A stretch of 64,000 bases of DNA from Alphaproteobacteria bacterium (GTDB taxonomy: Bacteria > Pseudomonadota > Alphaproteobacteria > GCA-2731375). Below the pieces are notes generated by a model that saw nothing but the letters and a program-made list of their open reading frames with translations, did no database searches and had not been told where the DNA came from. Of this stretch, positions 35,848 through 45,940 are shown piece after piece. Position 1 is the first letter of the stretch; each line of letters opens with the position of its first letter. Both the position numbers and the translations under genes were made by a program. The stretch is from contig CBDDPY010000002.1 in assembly GCA_965232515.1 (NCBI GenBank), positions 2,112,001 through 2,176,000 on the forward strand, written 5' to 3'.

Positions 35848-36639
35848 ATGCCGAAATTCGCCGCCAACCTGACCTTCCTGTTCACCGAGATGGCGTTCCC
35901 CGACCGTTTCCGAGCGGCCGCCGAGGCCGGTTTCAAGGGCGTAGAGTATCTCTTCCCCTATGTGCGCCACAAAGAGCAGCTGGCCGAGTGGCTGACCGGC
36001 GCCGGCCTGGAGCAGGTGCTGATCAACATGCCGGCCGGCGACTGGGAGGGCGGCGAGCGCGGCCTTGCCTGCCTGCCCGACCGCAAGGGCGAGTTCCAGG
36101 AGGGCGTGGGCCAGGCGATCGAATATGCGCAAGAGCTGAACTGTCCGCGCATCCATCTGGTGGCGGGCCTCGCGCCGTCGGGCGGCGCGGAGCGGACGGC
36201 CTATGAGGACGCCTATCGCGACAACCTCGCCTACGCGGCCGACCGGCTGGCGCGGGAGAACCTGACCGCCACCATCGAGCCGATCAACGGCAAGCGCGAC
36301 GTGCCCGGTTTCTTCCTGCAGACGACGACGCAGGCCCGGGCGATCCTGGCCGAGCTGGGCAAGCCGAACCTGAAGCTTCAGTTCGACGTCTATCACGTGC
36401 AGATCATGGAGGGCGATTTGGTCGATACCTTCCGGACCTGCCTCGCCGATATCGGTCACATCCAGATCGCCAATCCGCCGGACCGGTTCGAGCCCGACGC
36501 GGGCGAGATCAACTATCCTTACCTGTTCGAGGAGATTGACCGCGCCGGCTATGACGGCTGGCTCGGCTGCGAATACAAACCGCGCGCCGGCACCGTCGCC
36601 GGCCTCGGCTGGGCCAAGGCCTACGGCATCGGCGGTTAA
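35848..36639 (+). CDS. hyi: Hydroxypyruvate isomerase family protein (Hyi/OtnI)
   Basis: MPKFAANL, GVEYLFPY, IEPIN, FDVYHVQIMEGD, GHIQIA, GEINY, GCEY. Confidence 0.9.
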   Translation: MPKFAANLTFLFTEMAFPDRFRAAAEAGFKGVEYLFPYVRHKEQLAEWLTGAGLEQVLINMPAGDWEGGERGLACLPDRKGEFQEGVGQAIEYAQELNCPRIHLVAGLAPSGGAERTAYEDAYRDNLAYAADRLARENLTATIEPINGKRDVPGFFLQTTTQARAILAELGKPNLKLQFDVYHVQIMEGDLVDTFRTCLADIGHIQIANPPDRFEPDAGEINYPYLFEEIDRAGYDGWLGCEYKPRAGTVAGLGWAKAYGIGG

Positions 36640-36650
36640 TCCAACCGCTC

Positions 36651-37868
36651 TCAGCGTTCGGTCAGCTTGAACTCGATGCGGCGGTTGCGACGGTGGGCGA
36701 TCTCGTCGTCGCGCCGGTCGATCGGCTGAAAGGCGCCGAAGCCGGTCGCGGCCAAGCGGGTCGGCGGCACGCCGTTGTCGACAAGAAACTTCACGACCGA
36801 GACCGCGCGCGCGGTCGAAAGTTCCCAGTTGGAAGGAAACCGCGCCGTCTGGATCGGCCGGTTGTCGGTGTGGCCGTCGACGCGCATGACCCAGTTGATC
36901 TTGGGCGGAATCCGACCGGCGACGTCCAGCAACATGTCGGCGAGCTTGCCCAGTTCGTCCCGGCCCGACGGGCCGAGATCGGCGCTGCCGGCCGGGAACA
37001 GCACTTCGGCCTGCAGCACGAAGCGGTCGCCGGCAATCTTGACGCCGGCCTGGTTGGCGAGCGACTGCTTGAGCTCGGCGAAGAACTCGGAACGGTATTG
37101 CTGCAGTTCCTCGACCTTGGCCGCCAGTGCCTCGTTGAGCCGCCTGCCGAGATCGGCGATGCGGAGCTGGCTGTCGGTGTCCTTTTGCTCCGCCGCTTCC
37201 AGCGCCTTCTCGATGCGGCCGAGCTGGCGCCGCAGCACGGACACCTCCTCGGCCAGGCGCGACGCCGCCGCCTTGGCTTCGGCAGCGGCCACGCGTTCCG
37301 CGGCGAGCTCGGCGTCCCGCTCGGTAAGCGATGCCTGACAGGCTTCGGCCTGGGCCTTGCGGTCGGCGGACGCCGTCTCGCTCGCCGTCAGGGCGGCGGT
37401 CTGGCTCGCCAGATCGTCTTCGAGTTGCGCGCGCAGGCGGCGCAACTGGGCGACCGCCTCGTTCAGCTCGTCGAGCTCGGCCGCGGTCTGTTCGGCCGAT
37501 TGCCGGTCGTCGTTCGCGCGCTGCTCGAGCAACGCAAATCTGTCGGCGAGCGATTCACGCTCGGTCGTGCAGCTCTCCAGCGCACCGGCGACATCGTTGC
37601 GTTCGCGTTCGAGGTCATCGAGCTGGCCCGTCAGATCCTGCGCCCGCAAGCGCATCAGATCGAGCTCTTCCTCGCGGGTGCTCAGCAGCTGGATCGCGAT
37701 CTCGACCTGTTTCTGCAACTCGTCCAGCGCCGCGGACCGGGCCTCGGCCGCCTTTAGCTTCTCCTGGACGCGCGCCGACAAGCCATTGTCGGACGGCGTC
37801 TGCGCCTCGACCATGGCCGGCGTCAGAACCGCCAAGGCGCAAGCCAAGCCGAATGTTAGGCACCGCAT
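36651..37868 (-). CDS. Coiled-coil protein with C-terminal OmpA/MotB peptidoglycan-binding domain
   Basis: YRSEFF, GDRFV, RVDGHTD, SNWELSTARA, NRRIE. Confidence 0.9.
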   Translation of the reverse strand: MRCLTFGLACALAVLTPAMVEAQTPSDNGLSARVQEKLKAAEARSAALDELQKQVEIAIQLLSTREEELDLMRLRAQDLTGQLDDLERERNDVAGALESCTTERESLADRFALLEQRANDDRQSAEQTAAELDELNEAVAQLRRLRAQLEDDLASQTAALTASETASADRKAQAEACQASLTERDAELAAERVAAAEAKAAASRLAEEVSVLRRQLGRIEKALEAAEQKDTDSQLRIADLGRRLNEALAAKVEELQQYRSEFFAELKQSLANQAGVKIAGDRFVLQAEVLFPAGSADLGPSGRDELGKLADMLLDVAGRIPPKINWVMRVDGHTDNRPIQTARFPSNWELSTARAVSVVKFLVDNGVPPTRLAATGFGAFQPIDRRDDEIAHRRNRRIEFKLTER

Positions 37869-37890
37869 CACAGGTCCCCCTCCGGACGAT

Positions 37891-38694
37891 CTAGCGGACC
37901 CCCGTCTCTGCCGCGGCATGATACCCCAGACGCGCCGACAAGGCTTGCGCCGACGCGGTCAGCGCCTCCGCGTTCGCACCGGTCCAGGAAACGTCGAAAG
38001 CGGGCTCCGGCCCGAGCACGGTCAGGACCGCCTGCAGCGAACCGTCGTGCTGAAACACCGGGGCCGACAAAGCGGCGACGCCGGGCAGCATCTGTCCCTG
38101 CACGCGGGCGAGGCCACGCTCTCGTACGTCATCAGCAAGCGACCGGGCCTCCGCCGCGCTGCACGGGACATCAGCCAGGGACTCGTCTGCACCCGCCGCC
38201 AGTTCCGCCTCCAGCATCTCCGCGGTCGCTGCCTCTGGCAGGTAGGCCAGGAAGACCCGGCCGGTGGACGACCGCAGCAACGGCATCACCGATCCGACCC
38301 GGACGTTGACGGTGACAGGGTGGCTGGCCTCGCGCCAGCGGATCACCACCGGTCCGCGATTGCCCCAGATGGCCAGCAGCACTGTCTCATCGATGGCGGC
38401 ACCGAGGTCGGCGAGCGCCGCCGCGGCCAGTTCGACCACATCCAGCCGACGCAACGCGGCGAGACCGAGGTTTAGCGCCAGACCGCCGAGCGCGTAATGG
38501 CCCGAGACCGGCTCCTGCTCGACCAGGCCGCCGCGCACCAGGCTGACCAGGTAGCGATGCGCCTTGGCCGGCGCCATGCCAGCGGCGGCGGCGAGCGATT
38601 TCAGGCTTTGCGGCCCGTCGGCGGCGGCCATGACGGCGAGGATATCGGCGGCGGTCTCCACCGACTGCACGCCGCCACGGCGATCACCGGTCAT
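37891..38694 (-). CDS. IclR family transcriptional regulator
   Basis: VQSVE, AKAHRYLVSL, SSTGRVFLA, ALSAPVF. Confidence 0.92.
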   Translation of the reverse strand: MTGDRRGGVQSVETAADILAVMAAADGPQSLKSLAAAAGMAPAKAHRYLVSLVRGGLVEQEPVSGHYALGGLALNLGLAALRRLDVVELAAAALADLGAAIDETVLLAIWGNRGPVVIRWREASHPVTVNVRVGSVMPLLRSSTGRVFLAYLPEAATAEMLEAELAAGADESLADVPCSAAEARSLADDVRERGLARVQGQMLPGVAALSAPVFQHDGSLQAVLTVLGPEPAFDVSWTGANAEALTASAQALSARLGYHAAAETGVR

Positions 38695-38711
38695 TTCGGG
38701 CGGGCGTCCGC

Positions 38712-39455
38712 TCAGCGGATGCTGCGGGCGCCGTCGACCGGAAGCGCGAGGCCGCTCATATAGCTGGCGTCGGAACTGGCGAGGAAGACGATCGCCGATG
38801 CGACCTCTTCTGCCTGGGCCATGCGGCCGATCGGGTGCTTGGCAATAATCGCGGTCGTCGCCGCCTCGAGGTCGGGCGCCTCGGCCAGCATGTTCGAAAC
38901 CATGGCCGTGTCGATGGTGGCGGGGCAGACGCAGTTCACCCGGATGTTGTCGCCGATATGATCCAGCGCCAGCGACATGGTCATGGCCACGACGCCACCC
39001 TTGGAGGCGGCATAGGCGACCATGCGGTGATTGCCGCGAATGCCATTGATCGACGCGGTGTTGACGATGGCCCCGCCGCCGCGTTTTTTCATCAGCGGGA
39101 TGGCCTTCTTGCAGCCGAGAAAGACACCCGTCAGGTTCAGCGAGATGACGTCGTTCCAGATCTCCCAGGTGGTCTCCTCGGCCGTGCCGGTGATGGTGAC
39201 GCCGGCATTGTTGATCAGGACGTCGAGGCCGCCGTGCCGGTCGGCGACATGCGCCATGGCCGCGTCCCAGTCGGCCTCCGACCGAGCATCGAGGCGAATG
39301 GCGTCGAAATCGGCGACGGCCGGAAGTTCCTCTTCGCGATAGTAACCGGCAACCACCGTGCAGCCCTCGGCAGCCAGACGCTTCGCCGTCGCCAGCCCGA
39401 TGCCACTGCCCGCGCCGGTGACCAGCGCCACCTGATTGTTGAATCTTTCGACCAT
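38712..39455 (-). CDS. Short-chain dehydrogenase/reductase
   Basis: TGAGSGIG, NNAG, YAASK, VDG. Confidence 0.94.
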   Translation of the reverse strand: MVERFNNQVALVTGAGSGIGLATAKRLAAEGCTVVAGYYREEELPAVADFDAIRLDARSEADWDAAMAHVADRHGGLDVLINNAGVTITGTAEETTWEIWNDVISLNLTGVFLGCKKAIPLMKKRGGGAIVNTASINGIRGNHRMVAYAASKGGVVAMTMSLALDHIGDNIRVNCVCPATIDTAMVSNMLAEAPDLEAATTAIIAKHPIGRMAQAEEVASAIVFLASSDASYMSGLALPVDGARSIR

Positions 39456-39530
39456 CGCCCGCTCCTCCCTTCACACCAACGTGAAACCAATTGACTAGGC
39501 CGCAACCCACAATGGCGTCAAATAATACCT

Positions 39531-40118
39531 ATGTACAAAGGCTTGGCGTCCAGCCGGGTTTTCAATGGACAGCCTGGCCAATCGTTGGTGGTGAGTGATC
39601 AAGGGACGGCGCCGGAGCATACCGTGGCATCATCATTGCGGCCCCCCTATCACAATGATGTCTCCTGGACTTCCGGCGTCCGGACGGCGGCGATCCTTGT
39701 CGGGATCGTCGCCGTTCTTCTCGCGCCGCTTTTGGCGACCGCTGCCGAAAACAAGCGCATCTCGGCCGCGCAGGCGCTGGAACAGGCGCGGGCCGGTGAA
39801 TTGACGATCATCGACATCCGCCGTCCTGATGAGTGGGCCGAGACGGGCTTGCCGGAAAACGCCGAGCGGGCGACGATCCGCTCGCCGCGCGGCAATCGCG
39901 GTTTTCTTGCCCGCATCGCCAAGATCACCGGGGACGACAAGTCGGCGCCGATCGCGCTGATCTGCGCCCGCGGCGTTCGGTCGCACCATGCGGCAAATCT
40001 GCTGCGGCAACGCGGCTTCAGCAATATCTATGATATTAACGAGGGCATGCTGGGTAACGCGCGAGGGTCCGGCTGGTTGCAGCAAGGTCTGCCGACGGCG
40101 GCCTGCGCCGACTGTTGA
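39531..40118 (+). CDS. Rhodanese-like domain protein (exported)
   Basis: IIDIRRPDEW, LICARGVRS, EGMLG...GW..GLP; true start likely downstream (about 39660). Confidence 0.85.
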   Translation: MYKGLASSRVFNGQPGQSLVVSDQGTAPEHTVASSLRPPYHNDVSWTSGVRTAAILVGIVAVLLAPLLATAAENKRISAAQALEQARAGELTIIDIRRPDEWAETGLPENAERATIRSPRGNRGFLARIAKITGDDKSAPIALICARGVRSHHAANLLRQRGFSNIYDINEGMLGNARGSGWLQQGLPTAACADC

Positions 40119-40215
40119 TCCTGTCCTCGGGCCGGTGCCTGTGCTAGGTGATCGGCGGAAAGTCGGGTGCGCGCCCGCAATATCAGTTAACGGGAAATCG
40201 CGTAGGGAGACACAT

Positions 40216-40596
40216 ATGTCATTCGCACGACTGTCAGCTTTGGCCGCGGCGGGCTTTGTCGCGCTGGCAAGCAGCGCCGCCCATGCCGGCGACCTCAAGG
40301 CCGGCGAGAAGGTATTCCGGAAATGCAAGGCCTGCCACACGCTCGAAGCCGGCGGCAAGAACAAGGTCGGTCCGAACCTGCACGGGGTATTCGGCCGAAC
40401 GTCCGGCACATCGGACGGATTCAAGTATTCGAAAGCGATGAAAGAGGCCGCGATCGTCTGGAACGACGAGACCATCGCCGCCTATCTGGAAGCGCCGAGG
40501 AAGTACATTCCGAAGAACAAGATGGCGTTCGCCGGCCTGCGCAAGCAGAAGGACCGCGACAACGTCATTGCGTTCCTGAAGGAAGCGACGAAGTAG
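40216..40596 (+). CDS. Cytochrome c2-like class I cytochrome c
   Basis: Signal peptide, CKACH, GPNLHG, KMAFAGL. Confidence 0.95.
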   Translation: MSFARLSALAAAGFVALASSAAHAGDLKAGEKVFRKCKACHTLEAGGKNKVGPNLHGVFGRTSGTSDGFKYSKAMKEAAIVWNDETIAAYLEAPRKYIPKNKMAFAGLRKQKDRDNVIAFLKEATK

Positions 40597-40623
40597 AGCC
40601 GGCGATAGTTCGCTGAACGAACG

Positions 40624-40651
40624 ACCCCCGCGCTTCGCAGCGCGGGGGTTT
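40624..40651. terminator. Rho-independent terminator between convergent genes
   Basis: ACCCCCGCGCT-TCGC-AGCGCGGGGGT followed by T residues. Confidence 0.75.
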
Positions 40652-40678
40652 GTGATTCGACCGGATGGCCGCGCGCGT

Positions 40679-41107
40679 TCAGTCGCGCACGACCAGCACC
40701 GACATCGGCGCGTGCCGGACGACGCGGGCGGCATTGGGGCCGAGCAGATAGTCCTGCAGTTCCGGCCGGTGCGAGCCCATCACGATCAGGTCGGCCTTGA
40801 TCTTCTTGGCCGTGTTCAGAACCTCCTCGTAGATGGTGCCGTGCGCGACGATGTGCTGGACATTGACGTCGCCGGGGACATGCTTTTTGGCGAAGGCCTG
40901 TAGGTCGGCCGTCGCCGTGGTGAGCGCCTTCTTCTCGAAGTCCTTCGGGAAGTACTGCGAGACGATGCTCATGCCGAAGTCCGGCACCACGGTCATGACG
41001 TGCAGGTTGGCGCCGAAGGACTGGCACAACGCAACGGCCGCCGTGATCGCCTTCTTCCAGGTGGCCTCATTGTCGAGGTCGATGGGCAGCAGGATTTCCT
41101 TATACAT
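40679..41107 (-). CDS. Universal stress protein
   Basis: MYKEILLPID, ADLIVMGSH, LLGPNAARVVRHAPMSVLVVR. Confidence 0.94.
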   Translation of the reverse strand: MYKEILLPIDLDNEATWKKAITAAVALCQSFGANLHVMTVVPDFGMSIVSQYFPKDFEKKALTTATADLQAFAKKHVPGDVNVQHIVAHGTIYEEVLNTAKKIKADLIVMGSHRPELQDYLLGPNAARVVRHAPMSVLVVRD

Positions 41108-41122
41108 GCGCGACCTCCACCA

Positions 41123-43702
41123 TTAAGCCGCCGCCAACCGCGCGCGGCGGCCGCGTTGCAGGAAGACGATCAACCCGAGCAGCACCAGCGCCGGGATGAA
41201 CATGAGTTGCTTCGGCGGCCGGTCGGCCTCGCGCTGCACACTGGCGATCTCGTAATCGAAATCGATCTGCTGCTTCTCGGCGACACTGCCGAAGACGATG
41301 TTGTCGACCAGGATCTTGCCGTCCTCCTCGCGCAGCTCGAGCCCGGCCTCGAGCAATCGCTCTGCGCCGTCTTGCTGGGCGCCAAGCGGCAGCATGACCA
41401 CTTTGTCGACCGGATCGTCGTTCAGGTCGATGCCGGTCACCCGCACGCGGATCTGCGCATCGGCCGGCATCTCGGTGGCGATGGCGACGATCTCTGTCGC
41501 CGGCGCCGCCTCCAGCGGCGGATAGACCATGTCCCACCAGAAACCGGGACGGAACAGCGTGAAGACGATCAGCAGCAGGCCGACCGTCTCCCAGATCCGG
41601 CTCTTGGTCAGGAAATAGCCCTGCGTCGCCGCCGCGAACAGCAGCATGCCAATCACCGAGGCAACGACGATGACAAAAAAGTGGAAGATGTTGTCAATGC
41701 CGATCATCAACAGCTCGGTGTTGAAGATGAACATGAACGGCAGGATCGCCGTTCGGATGTCGTAGGTGAATCCCTGTATGCCGGTGCGGATCGGATCGCC
41801 GCCCGAGATCGCCGCCGCCGCGAAGGCGGCAAGTCCCACGGGCGGCGTATCGTCGGCGAGGATGCCGAAATAGAACACGAACATGTGCACCGCGATCAGC
41901 GGCACGATCAGGCCAGCCTCGGCGCCGAGGCTGACGATTACCGGCGCCATCAGGGTCGAGACGACGATGTAGTTCGCCGTGGTCGGCAGGCCCATGCCGA
42001 GGATCAGGCAGATCACCGCCGTGAACAGCAGCATCAGCAGCAGGTTGCCACCGGAGATGAACTCGACGAACTCGGTCATCACCAAGCCGATGCCGGTCAG
42101 CGTCACGGTGCCTACGACGATGCCCGCCGCCGCCGTGGCGACGCCGATGCCGATCATGTTGCGCGCGCCGGCGATCATGCCGTCGCGGGCGTCAATGAAC
42201 CCGTCCTTCAGGGCATCGCCGAATTCGGCGTTGGCGCGAAAGATGGCCAGGATCGGCCGTTGCGTGATGACGATGAAGAGCATGAACACGGTGGCCCAGA
42301 ACGCCGACAGGCCGGGCGACAGCCGCTCGACGGTCAGACACCAGACCAGGACGCCAACCGGCAGCAGGTAATAGAGCCCGACCTTCACTGTCGGCGCCGG
42401 CTCGGGACAGTGTTCGATGTCGGTGCTGGTGCTGAGCTCGGGGAAGCGCGCCGAGTACTTCAACAGCCCTACATAGGCGACGGTCAGGATTACCGCCGCG
42501 ATCCACGGCGTCGCGTCGCCCGCGACCGGTTTCAGCCAGCCGAGGCCGTAATAAGAGATCGCGCAGAGCACGACCAGGATGATGATCGCCATGAGGAAGC
42601 CGATCAGCTTCTGCACCAACGGCGAGTCGGTCAGCCGGGGCAGGCCCTTCATGTCGGCCTTCATGGCCTCGAGATGGACGATGTAGACCAGCGCGATGTA
42701 GGAGATGATCGCCGGCAGGAAGGCGTGCTTCATGACGTCGACCAACGGGATGCCCACATACTCCACCATCAGGAAGGCGGCCGCGCCCATGATTGGCGGT
42801 GTCAGCTGGCCATTGGTCGACGATGCCACCTCGACGGCGCCGGCCTTCTCGGCCGGGAAGCCGACCCGGCGCATCAGCGGGATCGTGAAGGTGCCGGTGG
42901 TCACCACATTGGCGATCGACGAACCCGACACCAGGCCAGTCATGCCGGACGACACGACCGCGGCTTTGGCCGGCCCGCCCCGCATATGGCCCAGCAGCGC
43001 GAAGGCGACACGGATGAAGTAGTTACCGGCGCCGGCCCGTTCCAACAGCGCGCCGAACAGCACGAACAGGAACACCATGCTGGTCGAGACACCGAGCGCG
43101 ATGCCGAACACGCCCTCGGTCTGCAGCCAATAGTGGCTCATGCCCTTGTTCAGGCTGGCGCCCTTGTGCGCGATCACGTCGGGCATCCAGGGGCCGGCGA
43201 AGGTGTAGATCATAAAGACGATGGCGACGACCATTAGCGGCGGCCCGAGCGCGCGTCGCGCCGCCTCCAAAAGCAGCGCCAGGCCAACGACGCCGGTGAC
43301 CACGTCCAAGGTCGTGGGAGCGCCCGGCCGCTCGGACAGCTCGACATAGAACAGGAACTGGTAGCCGGCGGTGAAGGCGGCGACGAACGCGAGGATCCAG
43401 TCCTGGATCGGGATGTGATCGCGCGGCGAGCTCTTCATCGCCGGGAAGGCGAGGAAGGCCAGAAAGACGGCAAAGGCGAGGTGAATCGACCGCGCCTCGG
43501 CGTCGTTCAGCAGCCCGAACTTGAACAGGAATGGCAGCGGCGATGCGTACCAGAGCTGAAACACCGACCAGATGAACGGCACCGCCAACAGCACATAGGC
43601 CGGAACGCCGGTCGGCGCGCGGGCGCCGGTATCGGCTTCGGCGACAATATCTTCCGCCGCCTGGCCGGTATCGGCCTGCTGGTCCTGTTGCAATTCACTC
43701 AT
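41123..43702 (-). CDS. TRAP transporter fused 4TM/12TM permease (TAXI type)
   Basis: GGPAKAAVV, GSSIANVVTTG, PPIMGAAAF, GMGLPTTANY, DDTPPVG. Confidence 0.95.
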   Translation of the reverse strand: MSELQQDQQADTGQAAEDIVAEADTGARAPTGVPAYVLLAVPFIWSVFQLWYASPLPFLFKFGLLNDAEARSIHLAFAVFLAFLAFPAMKSSPRDHIPIQDWILAFVAAFTAGYQFLFYVELSERPGAPTTLDVVTGVVGLALLLEAARRALGPPLMVVAIVFMIYTFAGPWMPDVIAHKGASLNKGMSHYWLQTEGVFGIALGVSTSMVFLFVLFGALLERAGAGNYFIRVAFALLGHMRGGPAKAAVVSSGMTGLVSGSSIANVVTTGTFTIPLMRRVGFPAEKAGAVEVASSTNGQLTPPIMGAAAFLMVEYVGIPLVDVMKHAFLPAIISYIALVYIVHLEAMKADMKGLPRLTDSPLVQKLIGFLMAIIILVVLCAISYYGLGWLKPVAGDATPWIAAVILTVAYVGLLKYSARFPELSTSTDIEHCPEPAPTVKVGLYYLLPVGVLVWCLTVERLSPGLSAFWATVFMLFIVITQRPILAIFRANAEFGDALKDGFIDARDGMIAGARNMIGIGVATAAAGIVVGTVTLTGIGLVMTEFVEFISGGNLLLMLLFTAVICLILGMGLPTTANYIVVSTLMAPVIVSLGAEAGLIVPLIAVHMFVFYFGILADDTPPVGLAAFAAAAISGGDPIRTGIQGFTYDIRTAILPFMFIFNTELLMIGIDNIFHFFVIVVASVIGMLLFAAATQGYFLTKSRIWETVGLLLIVFTLFRPGFWWDMVYPPLEAAPATEIVAIATEMPADAQIRVRVTGIDLNDDPVDKVVMLPLGAQQDGAERLLEAGLELREEDGKILVDNIVFGSVAEKQQIDFDYEIASVQREADRPPKQLMFIPALVLLGLIVFLQRGRRARLAAA

Positions 43703-43762
43703 CGATACATCCCCCTTGCTGCCGCCAGGCCCCATTTTTGATTAACGTTTTCACGGCGCGGA

Positions 43763-44725
43763 TCACAGCCAGCCCCGCTCGCGGAAATAGCGCACCGCCC
43801 CGTCATGCAGTGGCGCAGACAGTCCCTCGCTCACCATCCGCTCCGGCTGGAGATCGCCCAGCGCCGGATGCATCTTGCGGAACTGCTCAAAATTTTCGAA
43901 GACGCCGCGCACCAGGGCATAGACGACATCGGCATCGACGTCCGCCGAGGTCACCAGGGTCGCCTTGACGCCGAACGTGGTGACGGGTTGCGGATTGCCG
44001 CGGTACATGCCGCCGGGCACCGTGGTGTAGGCGTAGTAAGGGTTGTCGGCGACGAGCTGATCGATCTCGGGATCCCGCACCTCGACGATCACGGCGTCGC
44101 AGACATTTGCCGCCTTGCCAACCGAGTCGTTCGGATGACCGACCGTGTAGATCATCGCCTGCACACGGTCGTGGCACAGCGCCAGCGACTGCTGCGCGGC
44201 CGGCAGTTCCTCGGCCAGCAGAAAGTCCTTCTTCGTCCAGCCCTTGGCCGCCATCACCACTTCCATGGTCGCGCGCTGCCCGGATCCGGGATTGCCGATA
44301 TTGACCCGCCGCCCCTGCAGATCGTCGAACCGCTGAATGCCGGCATCGCGCCGCGCGACCAGCGTGAAGGGCTCGCCATGCAGCGAGAATACGGCCCGCA
44401 GGTTCTCGAACTTGCCATCGGCAAAGGCGAGCGGTCCGCTGCCGTTGACAGCATGGAACTGCCAGTCGGATTGGGCGATACCAAACTCGATCGCGCCGCC
44501 ATGCACATTGCTCAAGTTAAAGAGGGAGCCTGCCGTCTCGATCGCCTCGCAGCCGACGCCGGCACGGTCGGCCAACCGGCAGATCGCCCTGCCGACGGGA
44601 TAGTAGACGCCGGACTTGCTGCCGGTTCCGACGACCACCTCTTGCGCTTGCGTTGTCGATAGCGGCGCTTCGCCGACGAGCGCCAACGTCGCCAGCAACG
44701 CCGAAACTGCTGTGAACCTTTTCAT
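43763..44725 (-). CDS. TAXI family TRAP solute-binding protein
   Basis: [30 protein letters not shown]. Confidence 0.94.
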   Translation of the reverse strand: MKRFTAVSALLATLALVGEAPLSTTQAQEVVVGTGSKSGVYYPVGRAICRLADRAGVGCEAIETAGSLFNLSNVHGGAIEFGIAQSDWQFHAVNGSGPLAFADGKFENLRAVFSLHGEPFTLVARRDAGIQRFDDLQGRRVNIGNPGSGQRATMEVVMAAKGWTKKDFLLAEELPAAQQSLALCHDRVQAMIYTVGHPNDSVGKAANVCDAVIVEVRDPEIDQLVADNPYYAYTTVPGGMYRGNPQPVTTFGVKATLVTSADVDADVVYALVRGVFENFEQFRKMHPALGDLQPERMVSEGLSAPLHDGAVRYFRERGWL

Positions 44726-44858
44726 GGCTGCCTCCCCCTAAAGCCGGACGTCGCCCGCCCGGCATTCCCACTTGTTTGTCGTGGGTTGCGTTTGCTCGCC
44801 ATTTCGGCCGCTCAGGCCTCAAAACACTCCAAATTCCGTTACGACAACAATGGCCAAG

Positions 44859-44891
44859 GAAAATGGGGAACGGCGCAGGGCCGTTCCCCAT
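44859..44891 (-). terminator. Hairpin/terminator after the first TAXI gene
   Basis: ATGGGGAACGGC-gcagg-GCCGTTCCCCAT with a U-tract on the minus strand. Confidence 0.7.
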
Positions 44892-44900
44892 CGGGCGCGA

Positions 44901-45881
44901 TTACATCCAGCCCTTTTCCTTGTAGTACTTGGCGGCGCCATCGTGCAGCGGCGCCGACAGGCCGTCCTTGATCATCTCTTCCGGCTTCAAGTTAGCGAAG
45001 GCCGGATGCAGCTTCTTGAAGGTGTCGAAGTTTTCGAACACCGCCTTGACGACGTGATAGACCGTGTCGGCCGGGACCGCGGTCGACGACACGAAGGTCG
45101 CGCCGACGCCGAAGGTCTGCACATCGGCGTCGCTGCCCCGGTACATACCGCCCGGTATGGTCGCGGTGCGGTAGTAGGAGTTGTCCGAGACCAGCTTGTC
45201 GACGGCCGATCCGGTCACGCTGACCAGCACGCTGTCGCACGACGTGGTGGCTTCCTTGATCGAGCCGCTGGGGTGGCCGACGGTGAAGACCATGGCGTCG
45301 ATTTTGTTGTCGCAAAGCGCCTGGCTCTGCTCCGACGATTTCAGCTCGGAGGCCAGCGCGAAATCGCCCTTGCTCCAGCCGAGCGCGTTCATCAGCACTT
45401 CCATGGTGCCGCGCTGACCGGACCCTGGATTACCGATATTCACCCGCTTGCCTTTGAGGTCCGCGAAGGACTTGATGCCGGAATCGGCACGAGCGACGAC
45501 GGTGAACGGCTCCGGATGCACCGAGAACACGGCCCGCAGCTCCTTGAAGCCGCCCTTGTCCTCGAATTTGCTGGTGCCGTTATAGGCGTGATACTGCCAG
45601 TCCGACTGCGCCACGCCCATGTCGAGCTCGCCCGCCCGGATGGTGTTGAGGTTGTAGACCGAACCGCCCGTGCTCTCGACCGAGCAGCGGACGCCGTGCT
45701 CTTTGCGGCCGCGATTGACCAGCCGGCAGATCGCGCCACCGGTCGGGTAATAAACGCCGGTAACACCGCCAGTGCCGATGGTGATGAAATTGTTCTGTGC
45801 CTGCACCGGCGCGGGCGCGCCGATCGACATCATGCCCGCCGCCACGGTAGCGGCGAAGGCGGATACAGCAATCTTCTTCAT
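44901..45881 (-). CDS. TAXI family TRAP solute-binding protein
   Basis: [45 protein letters not shown]. Confidence 0.95.
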   Translation of the reverse strand: MKKIAVSAFAATVAAGMMSIGAPAPVQAQNNFITIGTGGVTGVYYPTGGAICRLVNRGRKEHGVRCSVESTGGSVYNLNTIRAGELDMGVAQSDWQYHAYNGTSKFEDKGGFKELRAVFSVHPEPFTVVARADSGIKSFADLKGKRVNIGNPGSGQRGTMEVLMNALGWSKGDFALASELKSSEQSQALCDNKIDAMVFTVGHPSGSIKEATTSCDSVLVSVTGSAVDKLVSDNSYYRTATIPGGMYRGSDADVQTFGVGATFVSSTAVPADTVYHVVKAVFENFDTFKKLHPAFANLKPEEMIKDGLSAPLHDGAAKYYKEKGWM

Positions 45882-45940
45882 GAGTGACAGTCCTCCTCGC
45901 TTAGTGTTGTGCAACCCCATGTGCCCTTTCCCACCTCGGA

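Noticed and set aside
37891-39510. 539-aa ORF suggesting an SDR-IclR fusion
   Set aside because: Its N-terminal half is an off-frame reading over the SDR gene; IclR starts at 38694
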